NCBI GenBank assembly: GCA_963696935.1
Contig: CAVOMB010000056.1
Location: 3,331 to 67,330, forward strand
Source: an uncultured Thermoleophilia bacterium
GTDB lineage: Bacteria; Actinomycetota; Thermoleophilia; UBA2241
DNA: 64,000 nucleotides
Direction: 5' to 3'
Position 1 is the stretch's first letter, and each line of letters begins with the position of its first letter. The translations under genes were made by a program, and so were the position numbers. This document shows positions 9,300 to 17,235 of the stretch, in pieces. A model generated the notes under the pieces. The model did no database searches. It saw only the letters and a list, made by a program, of their open reading frames with translations, and was not told the origin of the DNA.

Positions 9300-10108
9300 T
9301 CATTGTCTGCATCTCCTTCGCCGGCGCTGCCTATGCCGCGCCTGCCGCGTCATCGTCGATCTGCAGCGGGTGAGCTTCATCGAGGCTGCCGAGGAATAGC
9401 CCTGCGCTATCAGCCTGCCCGGCGGTGACTGCCCTCGATGGCGCCACTTCTGTCCCTCCTCCTTGCGCAGCGCCTGGCGCACGTGGATCCGTGAGCGCAC
9501 AAGGTCGACGTCGGTGACGCGCAGACCGAGCAGCTCGCCGCGGCGCAGTCCGGTGGCGGGGTCGAGCGCGACCGGTACAAAGCGCCCCCTCGCTGCGACC
9601 CTTGTGGTTGCCCTTCGGTCACCGTCTCCCGGCGCAGCCGCCGAGAGCAGCGCCGCCTGCTCGCTCGGCGCGTAGACGTGGAAGGGCGGCGGCTCCTCAT
9701 CGGGCAGCTCGACGTAGGTGAGGGGGTTCTCGGCGATCAGCCGCCAGGCGACCGCCAGGTTCATGGCGGCGCCGACGAAGATGAGGTGCTTGCGGACGGT
9801 GCTCGACGAGAGTTCGCCACTCTCCAGCTGCTTCTTCTTCCAGCTGGCGGCGACCTTGGGCGTGAAGCGCGCGAGAGTGACTGAAGCAAGGTCGCAGCGC
9901 ATGTGCTTGAGGTGGCCCGCGTCGCGGGCCCGCGTCGCCGGCGCCAGCTTGTCGCGGCCGTCCAGGTAGCGCTGGCAAGAAGTCGGGGACCGACTCGCCG
10001 GAGGGCTTCACGTGGCGGCCTTCGTAGCCGTCGTTCTGCAGCTTGGCGTCGAGCCGCTTGGCCTCTTCCTCGCTGACTATCGTGCGGCGGGGGCGGGAGA
10101 GAAAGTCC
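9300..10108 (-). pseudogene. Tyrosine recombinase/integrase remnant (frameshifted, catalytic C-terminus lost)
   Basis: ...TIVSEEEAKRLDAKLQNDGYEGRHVKPSGESVPDFL shifts frame near 9975 to ...QRYLDGRDKLAPATRARDAGHLKHM...TPKVAASWKKKQLESGELSSSTVRKHLIFVGAAMNLAVAW...GLRRGELLGLRVTDVDL. No HxxR or catalytic Tyr region follows, and there is no N-terminal Met. Confidence 0.7.
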
Positions 10109-10119
10109 CTGCAAATGAG

Positions 10120-10196
<77 letters not shown>

Positions 10197-10353
10197 GCGA
10201 GAGTACGCTGACGGCCGGTCAACCCACGACCGGCCGTTGTGCAGCGAATGCGGAGTCTAACACACGCGAAACGGCGCAGCAAAGCGAGGCGGAGCCCCTC
10301 CGGGAGCGGTCACGACAGCGGCCAGGGGACGCGTGGGGCGGCCTTGGGCGGCG

Positions 10354-11625
10354 TCAGCCCGGCGCAGCGCCGTCGGTCTTGGCGGCGTGCCGGGCCGAGT
10401 AGCCGCTGCGGCGCGCCCAGACCACGTACTCGAAGAGCGCGCGGTAGGCGACGGGCCTTCCGGGCAGCCCGTGCAGGCCGCGCACGCGCGGAGCCGCAAG
10501 CGCATCCTCATAGGCCTCGACGATGCGGTCGGTGATCTGCGCCCACGAGAGATCCGCGGCGGCGGCGATGCCGGCGGCCGCGAGCCGCCGCCGCTCCGCC
10601 TCGTCCTGCAGCAGATCGTAGAGTGCGTCGGCGAGCGCGACGGGATCTCCGGGTGGCACCAGGCGGCCGGCCTCGCCGTCGCGCAGCACCGCGCGATAGC
10701 CGGGCAGGTTGGAGGCGACGACCGGCACCCCGGCGGCCATGCCCTCCGCCAGCACGATGCCGAAGCTCTCCGCCGCGCGGGACGGCGCGCATAGGACCTC
10801 GGCCTCCCCCAGTTGCGCGACCTTCACCGCGTCGTCCACCCAGCCGAGCGCCTCCAGCCCCGTGAGGTCGACCGGGAGGTCACTGCCGGCGCGCTCCGTC
10901 TCGAGCACCTGGCGACGCGTGGCCCCGGCGACTACGAGCGTCGCGTCGGGCATACGCTTGCGCAGGAGCGCGAAAGCCTGCAGAAGCACGCCGAGGCCCT
11001 TGCGAGGCTCGGGGCGCCCAACGAAGAGGATGCGCCCCGGCACCTTGGCGGCGCCGACCGCCGGGGCGTACATCTCCACCGGGACACCGTTCGGGATGAT
11101 CCGGAACGGGCCGGGAAAGCGGCTCTGCGGGAAGGACCGCGCCGCCTCACTGACGGCGATGCGCACGTCGATCCGCTTCATCACGGCGCCGGCGACCAGC
11201 CGCCCGCGGTCGTAGAAGGCCGAGGACTCCAGCGCGGCATGGAACGTCCCCACCACGGGCGACGCAGCCATGACCACCGCCATCATCGAGACCGCCGGTG
11301 TACAGGGCTCGTGCACGTGCAGGATGTCGAAGCGGCCGTATCTGACGGCGCGGTCCATGCGCGGCGCGATCTGCGGGGAGAAGTTGACGTATGCGAGTGA
11401 CCCGTTGGTGGGGACGGGGAGGGCGTTGCCCATGGGGATGAAGCGTTCCGTCACGGTCTGCCGGCGGCTGTCCACGTGCCGGCGGGCGGGCGTCATGGCT
11501 CCCACCGGCGCGATGATCCACGGTTCGTGACCGCGCACCTCCAGTTCCGCGGCAAGGTGTTCGATGTGGTGGTTGACCCCACCGGGGACGGTCCAGGAAT
11601 AGGGGGTGACGAGACCTACGCGCAC
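10354..11625 (-). CDS. GT4 glycosyltransferase (PimA-like mannosyltransferase type)
   Basis: I chose the start at GTG 11625 (VRVGLVTPYSWTVPGGVNHHIEHLA...) after GGGGGTG. A GT-B fold EX7E-type C-terminal half is present (ESFGIVLAEGMAAGVPVVAS). The longer listed ORF N-terminus is Arg/Ser-rich non-coding-like sequence. Confidence 0.8.
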   Translation of the reverse strand: MRVGLVTPYSWTVPGGVNHHIEHLAAELEVRGHEPWIIAPVGAMTPARRHVDSRRQTVTERFIPMGNALPVPTNGSLAYVNFSPQIAPRMDRAVRYGRFDILHVHEPCTPAVSMMAVVMAASPVVGTFHAALESSAFYDRGRLVAGAVMKRIDVRIAVSEAARSFPQSRFPGPFRIIPNGVPVEMYAPAVGAAKVPGRILFVGRPEPRKGLGVLLQAFALLRKRMPDATLVVAGATRRQVLETERAGSDLPVDLTGLEALGWVDDAVKVAQLGEAEVLCAPSRAAESFGIVLAEGMAAGVPVVASNLPGYRAVLRDGEAGRLVPPGDPVALADALYDLLQDEAERRRLAAAGIAAAADLSWAQITDRIVEAYEDALAAPRVRGLHGLPGRPVAYRALFEYVVWARRSGYSARHAAKTDGAAPG

Positions 11626-11638
11626 CGGGACACCCCCG

Positions 11639-12271
11639 TCAGCGTTCGTCTCTGTCGAGCAGGAAGCGGTTCCGGTACACCTCGGGCGATCTGGGCAGCG
11701 GGCTGCCGAGCGGCCCGCGGAGGCGCGCCGCGAAGAAGACGGTGATGAGCGCGAGCGGCCCGAGCGCCCGGCGCGGGCTGCGGTGCAAGGCGAGACTGAT
11801 GAACGGCAGCGCGAGCGCCGTGACGCTGACTGCCTGGGCATGCCGATGCAGCAGGCTGCCGCCGACCAGCGGGACACACCCGACGGCCATCATGGCGGGG
11901 TCCATGGCGAACGCGGCCCCGAGGGCACAGGCCGCACCGCGTCCCTTGACCACGGCGATGTGCCCGCCCATGGCCGAGATGCCGACCGCCGCCACCGCGT
12001 TGTTGGCGGCTCCGTCCAGACGAGCCGCCGTCGCGGGCGCGTAAGCCTTGAGCGCATCGAGCGCGAGCACCAGGGCCCCGGGCTTCCAGCCGATGCTGCG
12101 GGCCACGTTGGACGAGCCCACCTTGCCGTCGCCGAGATCCTCCAGCCGCTGGCCTGTGAGTGCCTTGGTGACCAGCTTGCCCGTCGGGATGGTGCCGGCC
12201 GCGAAGCCGCCGGCCATGCCCGCGAGCGTGTGGAGCGCTCTGAGGCGCCTGCGACGGTCCGCGGCGCTCAC
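11639..12271 (-). CDS. plsY: PlsY-family (glycerol-3-phosphate acyltransferase-like) membrane protein
   Basis: GTG 12271 overlaps the upstream stop (GTGA). Motifs: GTIPTGKLVTK...GDGKVGSSNVARSIGWKPGALVLALDALKA, matching the PlsY signature GSxP...GSGNxGxTNxxR...D..K. Confidence 0.65.
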   Translation of the reverse strand: MSAADRRRRLRALHTLAGMAGGFAAGTIPTGKLVTKALTGQRLEDLGDGKVGSSNVARSIGWKPGALVLALDALKAYAPATAARLDGAANNAVAAVGISAMGGHIAVVKGRGAACALGAAFAMDPAMMAVGCVPLVGGSLLHRHAQAVSVTALALPFISLALHRSPRRALGPLALITVFFAARLRGPLGSPLPRSPEVYRNRFLLDRDER

Positions 12272-13470
12272 TTGGCCGCCGCCCGCCGCAGGAGCTCGCG
12301 ATAGCGCTCGCCGACCACGGCCGGCGTGTGACGCGCCAAGGCCAGCTCGCGACCCTTGGCGCCCATGGTCCGCCGCTGCTCGGGCGTGCGGCGCAGCAGC
12401 GACGCCAAAGCGGCGGCCACCTGCTGTACCGAGTGGCCGTCGACGACCAGGCCGGTGTCGCCGTGCACGACGGCCTCCGGGGCGCCGCCGGAGGCGCCGG
12501 CGATGACCGGCAGACCGGCGAGCGCGGCCTCGGCGAACACGATGCCGAAGCCCTCGACCTCGAGGCCGCCCCAGCGGCTGCGGCAGGGAGAGGCGAACAG
12601 GTCGGCGGCGCGCAGCCACTCCTTCATGGTCGTGTCGGCGAGCGCGCCGGTGAGGTGCACGCGCTCGCCTACCCCGCGCTTCTGGGCGCGGTCGAACAGA
12701 CCCGTCGTCAGCCGGCCCTCCCCGATGATCACCAGGTGCAGCCTCGGGAACTCCTGGCGCAGCAGGCACAGCGCATCGATGAGCTTGTCCTGGCCCTTGC
12801 GCGGCACGAGACGGCCGACGCACACGACAAGCTCCCCGTCGATGCCGAGCCGTTCGCGCAGGCGCACGGCCTCGTCGCCTTCGGCCGGCACGAACGCGTC
12901 CACGTTGAGCGGTGGGCGAAGGACCTCCGCGGCGACCTTGCCGTCCGTCTGCTTGCGCGCGATCCCGGCCGTGTACTCGCTGACGGTGAGGAGCATGGAG
13001 GCATTACCGAGTACGTGCCTCAGGGCATTGTTGACTCCCGGCACGACACCGGGCAGCGTGACCTCGGCGCCGCCGAGAAAGACAACGTAGGGGATGCCGT
13101 GACGCTCCCGGATCCGGGGGCCGAGCAAGCCCGCCGGCAGAGGATGGCCGAGCTGGATGAGCTCCGCTCCCTCGCGCTCGGCCATCTGCTCCACCGTGTG
13201 GAGCATCGCGCTGGTCGGCCAGAGCACGGAGCTCGATGCGCGCACGACGGTGTAGGGGTGGGTGGCGTCGAACGCAGCGCCGTCGATATGCGCCGGCGCC
13301 AGGATCGCGACCTCAGAAGGGTCGAGCGTCTGGATGACGCCCCAGTAGTACGACTGAGCGCCACCGATACGCGGCGGGAAGTCGTTGGTGACGAAGAGCG
13401 TGCGCGGCGCTCTGTCGGCTGACGTGCTGGTAGTCAGGGTGTTCCCTCCACTGTCGTCGGCACGGAACAT
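12268..13470 (-). CDS. GT4 glycosyltransferase (PimB-like)
   Basis: 400 aa. The N-terminus LFVTNDFPPRIGGAQSY is typical of actinobacterial PimB'-like enzymes. The C-terminal GT-B motif is EGFGIVFAEAALAGLPVIAG. Confidence 0.8.
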   Translation of the reverse strand: MFRADDSGGNTLTTSTSADRAPRTLFVTNDFPPRIGGAQSYYWGVIQTLDPSEVAILAPAHIDGAAFDATHPYTVVRASSSVLWPTSAMLHTVEQMAEREGAELIQLGHPLPAGLLGPRIRERHGIPYVVFLGGAEVTLPGVVPGVNNALRHVLGNASMLLTVSEYTAGIARKQTDGKVAAEVLRPPLNVDAFVPAEGDEAVRLRERLGIDGELVVCVGRLVPRKGQDKLIDALCLLRQEFPRLHLVIIGEGRLTTGLFDRAQKRGVGERVHLTGALADTTMKEWLRAADLFASPCRSRWGGLEVEGFGIVFAEAALAGLPVIAGASGGAPEAVVHGDTGLVVDGHSVQQVAAALASLLRRTPEQRRTMGAKGRELALARHTPAVVGERYRELLRRAAAK

Positions 13471-13542
13471 GCGTCGGCGCGCGGCCCCTGCTGAATCGGC
13501 TGGGCTTCACTCTACCATGACGTTTACGGGCGGCGGCCCCGG

Positions 13543-14113
13543 TCAGGTGCCGGAGGTGTGGAGCAGCGCCTCGGTCACCGCGGCGTTGAGCGCCTCCGGC
13601 GTCACGGGCTTGGCGAAGTACGCCACGGCGCCGGCGGCGAGGCGATCTGCTCCTCGGTCACAAGGCCCATGTCCTTGAGGATGTCGCCGAGGCGGCCGCC
13701 GCCGGCTGCGCCCGCGGCCGCTTCCGCAGCCGTCCCCACTTCTTCTCCCATGGCCACGCGCAGCGCCAAGACCAGGGCGTCCGGCTCGACCGGTTAGTGA
13801 GGTACGCGGACGCACCCTCCGCAAGTGCCTCGGTGCGATACTTCTCGGGGTCGCGACCGCTCATCATCACGACCGGCACGCCGGCGAGCTGCGGCAGGGC
13901 GTGCATGCGCTTCATGACGACGGTGGCCTCCCCGCCGGGGAGACCGACGTCGAGCACCACCACCTGCGGGCGGAGCTTCACCGCGGCGCCCATGGCGGCC
14001 ACTGCGTCCTGTGCCACGCCGACGTCGTAGCCGCGCTGCTTGAGCGTGGCGGACAGCACCATGAGCAGGTCCTGGTCATCGTCCACGAGCAGCACGAGGC
14101 GCGGCGCGGTCAC
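13543..14113 (-). pseudogene. Response regulator (receiver domain) with a frameshifted, mosaic C-terminus
   Basis: GTG 14113 overlaps the kinase stop (GTGA). An intact REC domain is present (LVLLVDDDQDLL...VLDVGLPGG...GASAYLT). The frame breaks near 13793. Downstream frames encode KPVEPDALVLALRVAMG...RLGDILKDMGLVTEEQIA and then a second REC tail, AVAYFAKPVTPEALNAAVTEALL. Confidence 0.6.
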
Positions 14114-14874
14114 GACTGCTCGCCTTCCACCGCGGGCAGCGTGAGCGTCGCCACCACGCCGGAGCCAGGCTCGCTCGCCAGAGCGAGGCTGCCGCCGTTG
14201 CGCTCCGCAAGGCGACGGCAGACCCACAGTCCGACGCCGAGGCCGGGCACCTTCCTCGAACGTGCGAGCTCACCGCGAAAACCGAACTCGAAGACCCGGC
14301 TCAGCTCCTCCGGAGGGATGCCGGGTCCGGTGTCCACGACCTCCAGCACGACCGTGTCGTCGCCGTCGCGCCGCGCCCGGACGGTCACGCGCCCGCCGGC
14401 CGGCGTGTACGCCGCGGCGTTGCCCACCAGATCCGCCAGAATCTGGCGCACGTCGTCGCGGTCCGCCCAAGCCCTCGGGGTGGGCGGCGGGCCGGCGTCA
14501 ACGACGATCGCAGCGCCCTCGAGGCCCTCCATCCGGCGCAGCGAGGACAACTCCTCGGCGACATCGCCCAGCACGACCGCCTCCGGCACGGCGGGCGCGA
14601 CGGAGCAGTCCGCCCAGCCGCTGGCCACAGTGCCGGAGACGAGCGTCTCCATCCGCACGACGTTGCGCTCAAGCACCTCCAGGTACTCCTCCTGCCGGGG
14701 CGTAAGCTCTCCGGCGCCGCCGCCGCGGAGCAGGGAGAGGAGCGGGTAGATGACGGCGAGCGGCGCCCTGAGCTCGTGACGCACGTGAGACTGGCGCTCA
14801 CGCGCCGCATCTCTGGCCGCTCTCTCGGCGGCGTCCTCGGCCTGGGCCTCGGCGCCGGGGGTGGTCTCGGTCAT
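14110..14874 (-). CDS. Soluble sensor histidine kinase (HisKA + HATPase_c, no TM or sensor domain)
   Basis: 254 aa. H-box SHVRHELRAPL. N/G boxes ADLVGNAAAYTP, VVDTGPGIPPEE, GLGVGLWVCRRLAERNGG. Confidence 0.85.
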   Translation of the reverse strand: MTETTPGAEAQAEDAAERAARDAARERQSHVRHELRAPLAVIYPLLSLLRGGGAGELTPRQEEYLEVLERNVVRMETLVSGTVASGWADCSVAPAVPEAVVLGDVAEELSSLRRMEGLEGAAIVVDAGPPPTPRAWADRDDVRQILADLVGNAAAYTPAGGRVTVRARRDGDDTVVLEVVDTGPGIPPEELSRVFEFGFRGELARSRKVPGLGVGLWVCRRLAERNGGSLALASEPGSGVVATLTLPAVEGEQS

Positions 14875-15051
14875 GCCGGTACTCTACTCCAGCCGGGCGC
14901 GCGCACCTGCACCGCGGTCACGGAGCCGGTGACGCCTGGGTGCACGAGGAGCTGAGCGAGCCGTTACCTTGGGCGTCCGAGAGCGTCAGGGTGTCGCCCT
15001 CGACCCTGAACTTCTTGGCTGCGGCGAGCAGTTCGAGGTATGTCCGCAGAG

Positions 15052-15126
15052 TGGTGGGCGATGCTGGATTTGAACCAGCGACTCCCTGCTTGTAAGGCAG
15101 GTGCTCTACCCCTGAGCTAATCGCCC
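15052..15126 (-). tRNA. tRNA-Val (anticodon TAC), CCA encoded
   Basis: 75 nt, GGGCGATTAGCTCAGGGGTAGAGCACCTGCCTTACAAGCAGGGAGTCGCTGGTTCAAATCCAGCATCGCCCACCA. Cloverleaf folded by hand. Confidence 0.9.
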
Positions 15127-15242
15127 GCGCGCGGCCAAGTATACGACGGGGCCGCACATCGGCGTCGCGCCGGTCGTGGACACACGCATCCGAGGTACGG
15201 CGCCGCGCGCGCCTCGAGGCGCGGCACCCTCGTAGGCAAGAA

Positions 15243-15273
15243 GGGGCGGGAGGCACTCCCGGCCTCCCGCCTC
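15243..15273 (-). terminator. Hairpin terminator candidate after pseudopilin cassette A
   Basis: GGCGGGAGGC / GCCTCCCGCC forms a 10-12 bp stem about 30 nt after the stop at 15302. On the minus strand it is followed by CCUUCUUGCC. Confidence 0.45.
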
Positions 15274-15301
15274 TCGCCGCTTCGTGCGACATGCAGCCTG
15301 T

Positions 15302-16480
15302 CTACTGCGGCTGCACCTCGCGCCATGTGTTCTTGATACGCCGCACCATCGACGGGAAGCGCTGGTCCAGGTTCGCGATGCAGTTGTCGTTGTAGAGGAT
15401 GTTAGGCGTTCCCTTCATGTCCTCGTTGGTGTTGGTCACCACCATTCCGTGGATGTCGCCGGTACCGTGTGACGTGTCCATCGGGCCCTCGGAGTAGATC
15501 ACACCCCAGAACTGGGCCGTGCCGCCCCAGCTCAGCGTGCTGCCTCCGAGAATCAGGAAGATGCCCGGCTGCGCCTCGGTGTTGAGGTTCGTGTTGCCCT
15601 GGATCTTGATTTCGGTCGGCGTCGGCGGGTCGATCACACACAGTCCGCTGCAGCCGCCCGTCGGCGCCCAGATGGGGTCTCTCGGGCTTGCCTCAGCGGC
15701 GCCCAGCGAGGTGAAGTACCGGCCATTCGACTGCGCGGTTGAGACAAGCGAGTCGACCAGCGCCTGCGGGAAGACGTCTTCGAGTGGGCTGATGTTGCTC
15801 CCGGTGATCTGTGCGATGCCGGACTGCGTGACGCTGGACGTCTCGATGGTGCCGCCCACCTGCACCGACGTCGTGGTCCCCGTCGGCGGTGCCACTTCGA
15901 TGCGGATCTTGGGGTTGTTGCCTTGGCCGTTGCTGGTCAGGTTGCCGCCGGCCCAGAGAGGGATACCTCGCGGAAGCGACATCGTCATGTACGACCGCTC
16001 GACCTCACTGACCACCCGCGTCTTGCGCTTGCCGACACCCGCCTGCGCGACCATCCACATGATCCCGTCGGGCTGGTTGGGATTGGTAGGGCCGCCCTTG
16101 TCGTAGTGGACCAAGGTGTCAATCGGGTCCAGGTTGTCATACCACTCCACGGTGATGAACTGGCCACTGGTGGGGTTCGGGTACTCGCTGGCGCTGAAAC
16201 GGTTGCGGAATGCGGTGGCGTTGAACGTCGGGACGGCGGCGGACGATGTCGGCCAACTGCTGCCCAGCAAGGCCATCCCGGCATCCAGCCCCGCCTCGGT
16301 CACCGTGAACGACTTGACGTGCTGATGTGTGTCGCTGGTCCCGCCTTGGACGTTGGCCGTGAGAGCCACCAGCGCCGCGGCGGAGATCGCGAGCGCCGCG
16401 ACCACTCCGATGATCAGCACGAGGCCGGCGCCACGCTCACGCTCGCGTGTGTCGCTCCCCATGAGACGTGCCCACCCCAT
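15302..16480 (-). CDS. PilX-N-domain pseudopilin-like protein (cassette A, 392 aa)
   Basis: RBS GAGGTGA. N-terminus ...RERERGAGLVLIIGVVAALAISAAALVAL (PilX_N type hydrophobic helix). The C-terminus ends ...NTWREVQPQ, like its paralogs. Confidence 0.7.
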   Translation of the reverse strand: MGWARLMGSDTRERERGAGLVLIIGVVAALAISAAALVALTANVQGGTSDTHQHVKSFTVTEAGLDAGMALLGSSWPTSSAAVPTFNATAFRNRFSASEYPNPTSGQFITVEWYDNLDPIDTLVHYDKGGPTNPNQPDGIMWMVAQAGVGKRKTRVVSEVERSYMTMSLPRGIPLWAGGNLTSNGQGNNPKIRIEVAPPTGTTTSVQVGGTIETSSVTQSGIAQITGSNISPLEDVFPQALVDSLVSTAQSNGRYFTSLGAAEASPRDPIWAPTGGCSGLCVIDPPTPTEIKIQGNTNLNTEAQPGIFLILGGSTLSWGGTAQFWGVIYSEGPMDTSHGTGDIHGMVVTNTNEDMKGTPNILYNDNCIANLDQRFPSMVRRIKNTWREVQPQ

Positions 16481-16484
16481 AACA

Positions 16485-17216
16485 TCACCTCGTGTTCCGC
16501 AGCTGCGCGGTGGTGCGCAGATGAGTGTAGGTGGGCGACTTGCCCGGGTTCAGGTCGACCAGCAGGTTGAGCTCGACGGCGCGGATCTGAGCGCGGTCGT
16601 CCGTGCCGCGTACGTCGCTCTCGTGCGCCAGAGTGCCGTCGCTGTTGTAGTAGATGTACGTGAAGACCGGAGTCGGGTTGGTGCTGCTGGGTGTCGTCAG
16701 GTTGATGACGTTGGACGCCAGCAGTTGCCCGCCCTCGCCGTTTGTCTGCTCGGACAGGTCAAAGCCCGACTCGGCAGTCTCATCGACACCGGAGATGGAA
16801 TTGCCGGTGCCGAGGTCCTGGAAACGCCAGAGCTGCCCGTTGGAATACAGGCGGTACATGACGAGGCGCGGAGTCACGTTGGCGAACTGGTTCCCGGTCT
16901 TGTTGAAGGTGGTGTACAGCTCGATGTAGAACGGTCGCGCGCGGACAATGCCGACCTCACTGATCGTGGCCGGGGGCTGCTCGACATCGCGGGTCTCCCG
17001 CTCCATTCGCGCCAGAGCCAGCCGCACGGTGTCGACCGTCTCATCACGCTTGGCCGTGGTCGCATACGAGCGCGAGAGAGCGAACCAGCTTAGCAAGATC
17101 ATCCCCGTCAGGAGCACGCTGATGCTCGCCGCCACGACGAGCTCGACCATCGTCATGCCGCCCTGGTCTCTCGCCTGCCTGGTCAGGGCCTCGTACGCCC
17201 TCCATCTGCAGTTCAT
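16485..17216 (-). CDS. Prepilin-type N-terminal methylation-domain protein, PilW-like (cassette A)
   Basis: Leader ...ARDQGG|MTMVELVVAASISVLL. Paralogous to 21050-21742 and 25758-26546 (shared motifs ...VFTY.Y...G...IR.V.L.L.VD.N...P....L.T....RN). The start could be ATG 17216 or the ATG at 17258. Confidence 0.7.
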   Translation of the reverse strand: MNCRWRAYEALTRQARDQGGMTMVELVVAASISVLLTGMILLSWFALSRSYATTAKRDETVDTVRLALARMERETRDVEQPPATISEVGIVRARPFYIELYTTFNKTGNQFANVTPRLVMYRLYSNGQLWRFQDLGTGNSISGVDETAESGFDLSEQTNGEGGQLLASNVINLTTPSSTNPTPVFTYIYYNSDGTLAHESDVRGTDDRAQIRAVELNLLVDLNPGKSPTYTHLRTTAQLRNTR

Positions 17217-17235
17217 CGCCGCACCACCAAGCCGA

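Noticed and set aside
10354-11877. N-terminal 84-codon extension of the GT4 gene in the ORF track, and analogous extensions of 27693-30842, 30709-33891, 34801-36111, 36407-37924, 40885-42738, 50864-51775, 55845-57458, 21050-22726 and 23423-25858
   Set aside because: The extensions are compositionally unlike the rest of each protein and overlap upstream genes. Internal starts with good Shine-Dalgarno sequences coincide with the family N-termini, so I used the shorter coordinates.
14918-15292. 124-aa ORF spanning tRNA-Val
   Set aside because: It reads straight through a well-folded tRNA gene. Only its last ~40 codons resemble a protein-domain remnant, which is reported separately at low interest.
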